A stretch of DNA of 64,000 bases, taken from the NCBI GenBank assembly GCA_944415425.1, contig CALYBP010000005.1, forward strand, positions 487 through 64,486, given 5' to 3'. The notes below the pieces were generated by a model. The model was not told where the DNA came from and did no database searches. It saw only the letters and a program-made list of their open reading frames with translations. Source of the stretch: an uncultured Ruminococcus sp. GTDB taxonomy: Bacteria > Bacillota > Clostridia > Oscillospirales > Acutalibacteraceae. Of this stretch, positions 29,106 to 38,600 are shown one piece after another; the stretch's first letter is position 1; the number at the start of each line of letters is the position of its first letter. A program made the position numbers and the translations under genes.

Positions 29106-30644
29106 GTGGATACAGTATTTGGATTTCTGTTTGAATTTCTCGGTCAGTTTTTTGGCTCACTGTGGTCAATTATAACAGGCTTGTTTACAGGAATAGGAGA
29201 GGCTTTTAATTTTCCCGCCTATGTCAACATAATAAACGGCTATACCACTGAGCTCGGAGGACTTGCCTGGGGTATTGCGATTCTTGCAATAGTTCTTCTT
29301 GCAGCGGTGCTTGCGCTTATTGTATGGCTTATTATCGTCGCCGTAAAAAAGTTTATCCGTTCTCATCGCAGAAGAAAAGATACGGAATCTCTTGTTAAAG
29401 AGGTTCAGGCGCTCAATAAGGAGGTTATGAGACTTAACCTTGAAAAGGATAAAATTCTTTCGATGAAAGTTTCTCAGATAGGTCTTAATCCCAACGAGAT
29501 TGCCGAGCTTACCGGCGAAGAAATCGAATCTCTCAACAACGGCGAAGAAGATCCCGAGGCTAACGGCTCGCGCTTCTACAAGCTTACCGAGATCGACGAT
29601 CTCTGGTCGGAGTATGTTCCGCCTATCTATGACAATACAATTACATTGCCTGAGTTCTGCGACCGCTTCCGCTTGTTTGCCTGCTCACAGCTCGGTCTGT
29701 ATTACGACATCAAGATAATTCGTCTTTTCGTTGCGGCTTTTGCTTCAACACGACTGATTATTCTTCAAGGTATTTCAGGTACAGGTAAAACTTCACTTCC
29801 GTATGCGTTCGGAAAATTTGTTAATAATCCCGCGGTTATTGCTTCAGTACAGCCGTCTTGGCGTGACCGAAGCGAGCTGTTCGGATATTTCAATGAATTT
29901 ACAAAGAAATACAACGAAACCGAGCTTCTGCGCGCTATGTACGAGGCTTCTTACAACGAGAATGTTTACACGGTAATCCTCGATGAAATGAACATCGCAC
30001 GTGTTGAGTACTACTTTGCGGAGATGCTCTCAATCCTTGAAATGCCGTCGAGGGATGAATGGGTTGTTGATATTGTTCCAAACTCTTGGTCAAACGATCC
30101 TAAGCATATCATAAACGGTCAGATCAAGATTCCGCCGAATATGTGGTATGTCGGAACAGCAAACAACGATGACTCTACTTTTGCAATCACAGATAAGGTA
30201 TATGACCGTGCAATGCCTATTGAAATCAACACAAAGGGCGTTGCGTTTGAGGCTCCGCTTACAGACTCGATCTACATAAACTACAAACATTTTGAAGATC
30301 TCTTAAACGAGGCAAAGGCAAATAATGTTGTGACAAACGAGAGCATCAAGAAAATACTGTTGCTTGACGACTATGTTATTGAACATTTCCGCATAGCTTT
30401 CGGTAACCGTATCGTAAAACAGCTTCGTGATTTTGTTCCGGCGTATGTCGGATGCGGCGGCACAGAGATTGACGGTCTTGACTATGTACTTGCAAGAAAG
30501 GTGTTCAGAAAGTTTGAATCTCTTAACCTTTCGTATATCAGAGATGAAATAGACGGTCTTTGTGCTTATATTGACGAGCTTTTCGGCGAAGAAAATATGA
30601 ATGAATGCAAGGATTATCTGCGTATGCTCAAAAAGCTTGTATAA
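29106..30644 (+). CDS. McrB-family AAA+ NTPase with N-terminal membrane segments and short coiled coil
   Basis: Walker A QGISGTGKT; SVQPSW; Walker B ILDEMN; McrB-type GTANNDDST (NxxD); DKVYDRA. Residues 1-80 are hydrophobic. Confidence 0.8.
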   Translation: MDTVFGFLFEFLGQFFGSLWSIITGLFTGIGEAFNFPAYVNIINGYTTELGGLAWGIAILAIVLLAAVLALIVWLIIVAVKKFIRSHRRRKDTESLVKEVQALNKEVMRLNLEKDKILSMKVSQIGLNPNEIAELTGEEIESLNNGEEDPEANGSRFYKLTEIDDLWSEYVPPIYDNTITLPEFCDRFRLFACSQLGLYYDIKIIRLFVAAFASTRLIILQGISGTGKTSLPYAFGKFVNNPAVIASVQPSWRDRSELFGYFNEFTKKYNETELLRAMYEASYNENVYTVILDEMNIARVEYYFAEMLSILEMPSRDEWVVDIVPNSWSNDPKHIINGQIKIPPNMWYVGTANNDDSTFAITDKVYDRAMPIEINTKGVAFEAPLTDSIYINYKHFEDLLNEAKANNVVTNESIKKILLLDDYVIEHFRIAFGNRIVKQLRDFVPAYVGCGGTEIDGLDYVLARKVFRKFESLNLSYIRDEIDGLCAYIDELFGEENMNECKDYLRMLKKLV

Positions 30645-30655
30645 TTAGGCAAAAT

Positions 30656-30678
30656 AAGGGCGAACTTTGTTCGCCCTT
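30656..30678 (+). other. Intergenic stem-loop
   Basis: Perfect AAGGGCGAAC-TTT-GTTCGCCCTT between the AAA and DUF2357 genes. Confidence 0.65.
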
Positions 30679-30719
30679 TAGTCAGTATTTGATTTGTATC
30701 GGTGAAGGAGTAGCAGCTT

Positions 30720-32894
30720 ATGGCTGATTTCGGAAAATATTACAGAGCTTATATGTATATGCAGGAGCTTCTGAAAAGTGACTTTACATACAATTACATA
30801 AATGAAAGCTTAAAAGACGCTGATAAGGGCGAGGATACCCTCGAGGGCAAGACTAACGAAAAAGTCATTGATATGGACTGGGTTGAGGCCATTGAGGAGA
30901 CGCTTCCGTATATACAAAAAGCCATTGATGAGCAGAGGCGTTTTATCAAACAGGTTGAAAATGTTGTGCGCATCGAGCTTGCAAAAAAGGTAGGTCCGGA
31001 TTCGGTAAAGCATCTTTCTCAGCATACCAACTTCATCGCAAAGGTAGAGGACGGTATGGTTACTCCGAACAAGATTTTGACTGTTGAGCGCGAGGAGAGC
31101 TTTGCGATTTACGAAAACCGTGTGCTTATGACATTGATACGCAAGGCGCTTCGTTTTGTTGACGATAAATATTCAAAAATGAAGGATGTGCCCAACGACA
31201 GCTATAATAATATTCAAGTAAAAAGACAGCTTCAGTTTCACGAGAAAAAAGTTGATTTTATTATAAACTATGTCAATGAATCTCACGAAACACTTGCCGA
31301 TGACTTAGATGTTCTTGATGTTTCACAGCTTTCGGACTTTGACAGAATAAGAAGAATAAGAACGACGCTCAACGAGTTTTTAAACACTCAGCTAATGCGT
31401 GAGATCGCAAAAGAGCCTGAGGTTCATCCGCCTATAACGCAGACTAACCTGCTTAAAAAGAATCCCAACTTTAAAAAAGCCATGGATTTATGGAATTTCC
31501 TCGACAGCTACAAGCGCAAGGGCTTTGAGATAGTCGGAGAGACATATCAGGGCAAAATGACGGAAGATGTACAGCAGGACATATATTTTGCTATGGGATT
31601 TGAGCATTTTATAATGTCAATAGCCACTAATAAGGGATTGCGCAATATTCTTCAGCAAAAGTATGAAGAAGAAAACGAAAGGATAGCGGAGGAACAGGCA
31701 AAGCCGGAAAAAACCCGTGAGTCTGTTATGAAAGCGCAGATAGACGCTGTAAGGAAAGAAGAAATGGAAATCCGTCTGCGTGAAATCCGCGAAAGAGAGA
31801 AGAAAATTCTTGATCTCAATAACGAGATAAAGAATCTAAAGGTAACTCTCGAACAGAAGGAACAGCAGATTATGACCCTGAAGGGACAGGTTTCGGCGCT
31901 TCAGGATCAGATAGAGGAACTAAAGAGAGAGCTGAAAGAAACAAAGCTCAAGCTTCTTGAGGCAGAAAACGAAATAAAAGCGCTCAAAGAAGAAAATCAA
32001 GCCCTCAAGGCTGAAATCGAAGAGCTTAACAAAACTATTGATTCCTTAAACAAGGAAATAAAAAGGCTCAATGAGCAGATAATCGTCCTTAACGACCGTA
32101 TTCAGGTGCTTATGCAGGAAAATGCCAGGATGCAGTCTAAGATAAAAGAGCAGGAAGAGGTAATTGAGGAGCAAAACGCAAAAATTGAGCAGCTCGAAGC
32201 ACAGGTAGCAGAGCAGCTTGCAAAAATTGCAGCTCTTAATGATAATCTTGCAAAATGTGAATCGGAAATTGAGGAAAACCATAAAAAGATTACTTATCTT
32301 ACCGATAAGACCGAATCGCTTACAAATATCCTTAATCTTGAGAGAAAGACGAATCAGGAGCGCATTGCGAAGATGAATGCCGATTTCGAGGAAAAAACAA
32401 GGGCGGCAAAAGAAGCGCATGACGCCGAGGTGAAATCTCTCAAACAGGATATTGACGAAGCAAATACGGCTCACGCAAAGCATATAGCGGAACTTAATGA
32501 GGAATTTGCCGACAAAGCAAATTTGGCAGAGCAAAGGCGCATAAGAGAGCTTGCGTTAAAGCAGACGGAGCATGAAAAGCAAATTGAGCAGATAAAGCAG
32601 GCTAATACAAATGCTGCAGCGGCCGTTGACGCAAAGCACGCTTCTGAAATCAGAAAGGTGCAAAAGTCAGTTGACAAGCGTGTAGACGCAGCCAAAAAAG
32701 CGGCCGAAAAGCAGTATATGTCGATGATTAAGCAGCTAAAGGCACAGCATGCTAAGGAGCTTGCCGAAGCAAAGCGCAAGGCAAGGGAAGAAGTAAGGCT
32801 TGCTAAGCAAAAATCAAAAAAAGAAATCAGGCTCGTAAAAGAAAAGGCAAGAAAAAATATGTTTACGCAGGAAGAGCTTGACGAGATAAATTAA
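30720..32894 (+). CDS. DUF2357 (McrC-like N-terminal domain) protein fused to a long coiled coil
   Basis: SFAIYENRVLMTL and PPITQTNLLKKNPNFKKAMDLW resemble DUF2357. The C-terminal ~400 aa are continuous heptad-like E/K/Q/A/L sequence with no PD-(D/E)XK motif visible. Confidence 0.7.
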   Translation: MADFGKYYRAYMYMQELLKSDFTYNYINESLKDADKGEDTLEGKTNEKVIDMDWVEAIEETLPYIQKAIDEQRRFIKQVENVVRIELAKKVGPDSVKHLSQHTNFIAKVEDGMVTPNKILTVEREESFAIYENRVLMTLIRKALRFVDDKYSKMKDVPNDSYNNIQVKRQLQFHEKKVDFIINYVNESHETLADDLDVLDVSQLSDFDRIRRIRTTLNEFLNTQLMREIAKEPEVHPPITQTNLLKKNPNFKKAMDLWNFLDSYKRKGFEIVGETYQGKMTEDVQQDIYFAMGFEHFIMSIATNKGLRNILQQKYEEENERIAEEQAKPEKTRESVMKAQIDAVRKEEMEIRLREIREREKKILDLNNEIKNLKVTLEQKEQQIMTLKGQVSALQDQIEELKRELKETKLKLLEAENEIKALKEENQALKAEIEELNKTIDSLNKEIKRLNEQIIVLNDRIQVLMQENARMQSKIKEQEEVIEEQNAKIEQLEAQVAEQLAKIAALNDNLAKCESEIEENHKKITYLTDKTESLTNILNLERKTNQERIAKMNADFEEKTRAAKEAHDAEVKSLKQDIDEANTAHAKHIAELNEEFADKANLAEQRRIRELALKQTEHEKQIEQIKQANTNAAAAVDAKHASEIRKVQKSVDKRVDAAKKAAEKQYMSMIKQLKAQHAKELAEAKRKAREEVRLAKQKSKKEIRLVKEKARKNMFTQEELDEIN

Positions 32895-32918
32895 TTTTGT
32901 TTTCAGAAAGGCAAACTG

Positions 32919-33872
32919 ATGGAAAATAACACAGCGCCCAGCAGACACACGGGCAGAATGATTACGAAAAATTTAATAATTCTGCTTGTGCTTGCCGTTG
33001 TGGCTTTCTTGGCGATTTGGGCGTGGTTTACAAGCAGACAGACGGTGCAGGCAGGGGGAATAAACATTGAATGTAATGCCCCGGACGGGGTTGAAATTGC
33101 TGTTGTTGCTCCCGGCGAAACGCCTGAGGAGGCTGATTATAAGGACGGCGGAATAATAATTAAAGATCAGCAGTTTCTTGAAGATTTTTCGCTGTCAGAG
33201 GTAACATCAGACGGCATTAATTTTTACAAGCCTGCGCTTGTTCAGTCAAACGGAACAGCCAGCCCGGATCTTGACGCCGACTGGGATGTTGCCGTTGCAA
33301 ATGAAAATTATTTGAGTTTTGACCTTTATATCCGTTCAAAATCAAGTCAGATAGTTTCGCTTTCGACAAAGTCAAAATTTTCCCCGCTTTCGTCTGTGCT
33401 TACAGGCGCAAACTGCGGAAACAAAAGTGAATACGGTGACTTTTCAAAGGACTGCATTGTCGGGGCTTCAAGATTTTCCGTTGTTAATAGTGACAGCACC
33501 GCAAGGGAGCTGCTTTGGATTCCTCGTCCCGATCTGTATTTCAGCTCGGAGGGTACTCCGTCTGTTACTGAGAATGTAACGGCGGATCAGTACGACGGAA
33601 TAACATATAATCATTACTATTACGAGGTTAACGGTTCACAGAAAACCCTGAAAACCCTGGACAGCAGCCTTGTTACAACATCGGCGCTTATCGGTTCGGA
33701 GTATGTTCTCCCCAAAAAATCCGAAATTGCACGGCTCAGTATCAGAGGCGACGACGGTTACTACACAAACCATGTTACGTGCAATATGTGGATTGAGGGT
33801 GAGGATACCGAGGACAGACTTGCTCTTGTAAAGGGTCAGTTCAAAATTGTTCTTGATTTAACTATAAAATAA
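32919..33872 (+). CDS. TasA/CalY-like fibre subunit with SipW-type signal
   Basis: VAFLAIWAWFTS; SEVTSDGINFYKP; YLSFDLYIRS; MWIEGEDTE. Confidence 0.72.
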   Translation: MENNTAPSRHTGRMITKNLIILLVLAVVAFLAIWAWFTSRQTVQAGGINIECNAPDGVEIAVVAPGETPEEADYKDGGIIIKDQQFLEDFSLSEVTSDGINFYKPALVQSNGTASPDLDADWDVAVANENYLSFDLYIRSKSSQIVSLSTKSKFSPLSSVLTGANCGNKSEYGDFSKDCIVGASRFSVVNSDSTARELLWIPRPDLYFSSEGTPSVTENVTADQYDGITYNHYYYEVNGSQKTLKTLDSSLVTTSALIGSEYVLPKKSEIARLSIRGDDGYYTNHVTCNMWIEGEDTEDRLALVKGQFKIVLDLTIK

Positions 33873-33913
33873 AGTATAATTAAATTGAGATTGTACGGAA
33901 AGGAGATGAGAGC

Positions 33914-35671
33914 GTGAAAATTGAAAATCCTTTTGGTTTTCTTACGGAAGCTCTTTCGCACAGAAGAATAGGCGACAAAAAAAAGCTTGCGGCTTCATAT
34001 CTCTCAATCTTCCTTGCTTTTTTACTTTTGGTTACTTCAACTCTGGCGTGGTTTACCGTAAATGACACCGCAGATGTATCTTCCGATACTTTTACGATGG
34101 AATCGGTTTCAGGCCTAAGAGTTAATGACGGTGAGGATTTGAAAAATCACATTTCCATTGAAAATCTTATGCTTGCCGAAGCTTCAAGCGTTGACGGAAG
34201 AAATATGTACTTCCCGACAACGGGCACATTTACGGGCAACACTTCGGAAATGGTGTTCAGAGAGGGCAATGCCGGAGATAAAAACGAAAATTACTGCTAT
34301 GAGGAATTTAATTTAAAAGGTGACTCTGGCGTTACATATGTATATATAAAAAGTTACTCTGTTACTGTTGACCGCAAGCAGGGGGATCAGACGGTATCGG
34401 AGGTTTTTGACGGTTCTACAAAAATCACCTACGACAGCAGCGGTGTTCCGATTGCCCAGGAAAAGCACGCAGAATGTCCCGTGAGAATTTCTTTTATCGG
34501 CGACAGCTCGCAAACTCCTATTGTGCTTGACCCGTCTGCTCTTATCAACAATTACGCAACCGACTACAATGCTGTTGCCACGATTGATGAAAACGGAAAG
34601 GCATCAACATTGAAGTCTGAGGCTTCTTCGTTTTCCGACTACTATTATGCAACAGGCAAGCCCATATTCACGTTGGTCGGTTCTCAGCCTCTGACGGTTG
34701 CTATGGTTGTATGGCTTGAGGGCACAAGCGAAGCCTGCGACCAGTACGCAGGGCAGAATATTTCAATAGATATTGAGCTTGAGAGTAACTGGACAAATAT
34801 GGATTATATCACATTTGTCGATGATACCCTGCCCGATAATGACGGCGGAACATCGCATTGGGTAAACAGCGCAAATGACTGCTTTGTTGTTATGAGTTAT
34901 AAGGATATTAACGCCGACGGAGCTACAAAGTCGGTAGTTATGAAGCAGGAGGATACATACGAGTGGATGGCTCCTATCCCCGATAATATAATAACCGACA
35001 TATCTTTTTACAGATACAGCCTCAACGAGGAAATCATTTATAACGCTTGGCACACTTTTGAGGGTGTGGACGATCAGCTCAACAAGACATCGAGTAACTG
35101 GGCTTTGCAGGAGGTCGGTCCCGATAAGCTTCAGGAATACCGTACAAGCGACGGTACTTCAAGCGGTGAGATAGAGAGGGTTTACACAGCCCGAAGGGGT
35201 AACGGCTACGGTATGGTAGCCGAGGATGATGAAAATTTGCAGAGAAAACGACTTTCTCCGTGTATCGGATATTGGGGAACACCGCAAGGTTCTCAAGAAA
35301 CTACTGTTGCTACAACATCGCCGGACGGTGAAACAACTCCGACAGGTTCCGGAACTCCGGATGGTTGGGTTACAATAACTGTTTCTCTCGGACAGATTAG
35401 ACCTTGGGTACAGGGAAATCTCGAAAATGACGGTTATGAGCTGTATGTTGAGTTCAGCGACGGTAACCTTGTAAAAATGGAAAGAAAAAATATCGACTAT
35501 TATGAAAACAGTGCGGTGACGGCAAAGCTTAACACTACGCTGAAGTGCTTTACTCTTAAAAGTGCGTCGGATACAAAGTATCTGTCGCTTGAGTCCCCGG
35601 AATTGATTACAAGCAACAGAAATATGTCGTTCCAGATGACAAACGATGATACTGTTATAAGAACAGGATAA
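33914..35671 (+). CDS. Fibre subunit with C-terminal accessory domains (minor pilin/adhesin)
   Basis: LVTSTLAWFT; EASSVDGRNMYFP; VWLEGTSEAC; then two further Trp-rich beta domains separated by a Thr/Pro linker. Confidence 0.7.
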   Translation: MKIENPFGFLTEALSHRRIGDKKKLAASYLSIFLAFLLLVTSTLAWFTVNDTADVSSDTFTMESVSGLRVNDGEDLKNHISIENLMLAEASSVDGRNMYFPTTGTFTGNTSEMVFREGNAGDKNENYCYEEFNLKGDSGVTYVYIKSYSVTVDRKQGDQTVSEVFDGSTKITYDSSGVPIAQEKHAECPVRISFIGDSSQTPIVLDPSALINNYATDYNAVATIDENGKASTLKSEASSFSDYYYATGKPIFTLVGSQPLTVAMVVWLEGTSEACDQYAGQNISIDIELESNWTNMDYITFVDDTLPDNDGGTSHWVNSANDCFVVMSYKDINADGATKSVVMKQEDTYEWMAPIPDNIITDISFYRYSLNEEIIYNAWHTFEGVDDQLNKTSSNWALQEVGPDKLQEYRTSDGTSSGEIERVYTARRGNGYGMVAEDDENLQRKRLSPCIGYWGTPQGSQETTVATTSPDGETTPTGSGTPDGWVTITVSLGQIRPWVQGNLENDGYELYVEFSDGNLVKMERKNIDYYENSAVTAKLNTTLKCFTLKSASDTKYLSLESPELITSNRNMSFQMTNDDTVIRTG

Positions 35672-35686
35672 AAAGGAGGTGTCACG

Positions 35687-38600
35687 GTGAGAAATAAATT
35701 ATTGCAGATAAGGCAGGCCGTAAAAAAGAATACTAAGTCCCGCTATGGCTTTTTGCTGTCCGCCGTGGCGCTTATTGAGGTAATTATGATATTGGTCGTT
35801 TCTACATTTGCATGGGTTGAAACGATTTCATCAATCAAAATCAGCAACACGCTGGGAAATATCAAGACATATGTTTACACAAACGCCGAGGTGGGTACCG
35901 GCACAGGCTATTCGGGACAGCCTATTAACCTTTCCGATTACTTTTTAGCGTCGGGAAATATCCACCTTTCTTCTGCGTCAAGCGCAAACGGCGAGGATTT
36001 TTATTTCCCTCAGGTAGCTAACGCAAATGCCTCAAGCAATCTGTACAGAAAAGGCTCAATAAACGATAAGAACACAAATTATATCAGCTTTTCATTCAGG
36101 GTTCAGGCAAAGGGCACGAGCGCAAACTTTTATTTTGACAAGGTGCCTACCTTTAAGATTGGGGACACGGTTGTTGATGACAATACCGTAAGGCTTGCCG
36201 TTTCTTCATACGACGAGGAAACCAACACGAAGGACGCAACCAGGGTCTACTCATATAACGCGTTAGACAGCGAGTATGTGGTGGGCGATGTAGACGGTAG
36301 TTCTGTTGCGACAACGAAAATATACGCTTTTGAGGATTATGACAATAAAAACGACAGCGAAGAAAACATCCTGTTTTCTGTCGATAAAGACAAGTCAAAG
36401 ATAGTCACTCTTACGCTTTGGCTTCAGGATCCCGAAAAAACCTCAGATTTTGCGGGAAAATCCGTAACGGCGGATGATTTTAAGATTGTAACGAGTGTAA
36501 AATATACTACTATCAATTTTATAGACAGAACGTCTGCCCACAACAGCGCGGATGCAACAAAACCGACATGGAACTGGGTAGGCAACGACAGCGCAAATCT
36601 TTGGATTTGTACGGCTTCGGGAGAAGTGTTTAAAATGAATAAGGTTGAAAACAGCGATCCCGATTCCGCAGATGCGCCTAAATGGACGGTGACTGTCCCC
36701 ACAGACAGTCTGGGTGACACAAACGGCGATTTTTATTTTTACAGAACCGATGATGTTGTGACGAGTCCTCTGCCGAATAGCTATTGGAATTTCTGGAAAA
36801 CAAAGCTTTCGCAAGCGGGTACGGCGACCGTGCCGACATATACCGCATACGGCAATACAAAGCCGGGTTCAAGCGAGGGCTACGGAACATGGGACGATGT
36901 GGCCGAAATCAAGGTGCTCGGCGATGATGCTGAGGATATTTTGAAAACACCTGCCGACGGGGAAAATCCGCAGGCGCTTACTTTGCAGACAGACAACGGA
37001 ACATCCGTGCCGATGAACTGGAACAGGAATTTCTGGAGAGCCTACATACCCAACGATTCTGATTCAAAAAATTTGAAACTCACATTTTCAAACGGTTCGC
37101 AAAATTACAGCATAGACGCGGTAAACCGTGATTTAACCGAGAATGCTTCAACATTCCGTGTAACATCGGCTACCACGGGTTACTGGGAGCCGCCTGCAAT
37201 TATTAAGGCGGTAGTACCGCAGGAGTATGCCTCTATGGGTAAGGTAGAGGTCAGCGGCGGACCCGTAGGTGCGACAACCGTTAAGGTAACAAAGGGAACG
37301 ACCGTTAAGTTTACGGCAGCACCTGTATCGGACGGATACGTTTTTGAGGGGTGGTATTCTGACCCCGATTGCACTAAGCTTGTACAGAAAACAAGCGAAT
37401 TCAGTTTTACACCGCCCGAAAAGGATAAAACATACACATACTACGCAAAATTTCAGTATAACGTGCGCCTTACCGCAAAAACCGACGGGGTAGAGGGTGA
37501 CTCTGCGGGCGGTCAGGTTCAGATTAACGACGACGGTACACCCGGCGCTAAGGTAAGCCTGCCTGTTTTGAAGGGCGGCTCGGTAAAGCTTATAGCCCTG
37601 CCTAATACGGAAGATTACGAGTTTATGGGCTGGTATGATACTAACAATGAGTTGGTTTATGACAGTACACAAACCACCGTGAGTATAACAAATTTACAAA
37701 AACCAATAAACCTTTTTGCGGTATATAATGTTAAAAAATTTGTGCTTGAGGCTTACGCTTCAACGGATGCGATAAAGGAAAACGACAAGGGTGGTACTGT
37801 AAAATTTGATTCGCAGACATCCTCAGGCGCATACGCAAGGGTTAAGGTTGCTTTCACGGGTGAGGCAACGTTCATGGCTTTTGTAAACGATATTGACGGC
37901 TATGAATTTGCCGGTTGGTACAGCGACGAGGCATGCACAAACCTTGTTACAAAGGAACTTACATACAAGGCGGATAAAAACACGAAGTACAAGACGATGT
38001 ATGCGAAATTCGTGTTGAAAAAGTATGACGCACAGGCTGATGTCATCACAAATTTTGACGAAAACAATAAGTCGGGCGGTACTGTTCAGATTTCTGCCGA
38101 CGGAGTTACCACTCCGGCCGGTTCAAGCGCCTCAACAAAGGTTACTCACGGAACATCAGCAAAGTTTACTGCCAACGCAAACGACGGATACAGCTTTGCA
38201 GGCTGGTACAGCAGTGCAAGCGGCGGCGAGCTTTTAAGTGAGAACGAGGTTTATACCGCTGACGGCGTTGCAGGCGATATAAAGGTGTATGCAATGTTTA
38301 AACAAGTGTTCACCGTTTCGCTTGCCTCAAAAACCGATGGGGAAATAAGCGGAGTCGGCGGCTCTGTTAAGGCCGGTTCAGGTGCTGAGGGCGCAATGTC
38401 TTCTGTAAGCGTTAACTACGGCGACAGCGTTATTGTTACCGCAACTCCAGCGGACATAAGTTACAGCTTTATAAAGTGGACTGATGCTGAGGGCACATCT
38501 TTCGGTGCGGAGCAGGAAATTACTCTTTCAAATGTGAAAAACGACATTTCGCTTTATGCCGAATTTGTTAAAAAGACATTTACAATAGAGGCCTATGCTG

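Noticed and set aside
29106-32894. Canonical McrBC restriction system
   Set aside because: No DNA-reader domain on the McrB-like protein and no visible nuclease motif on the partner; reported instead as a derived module.
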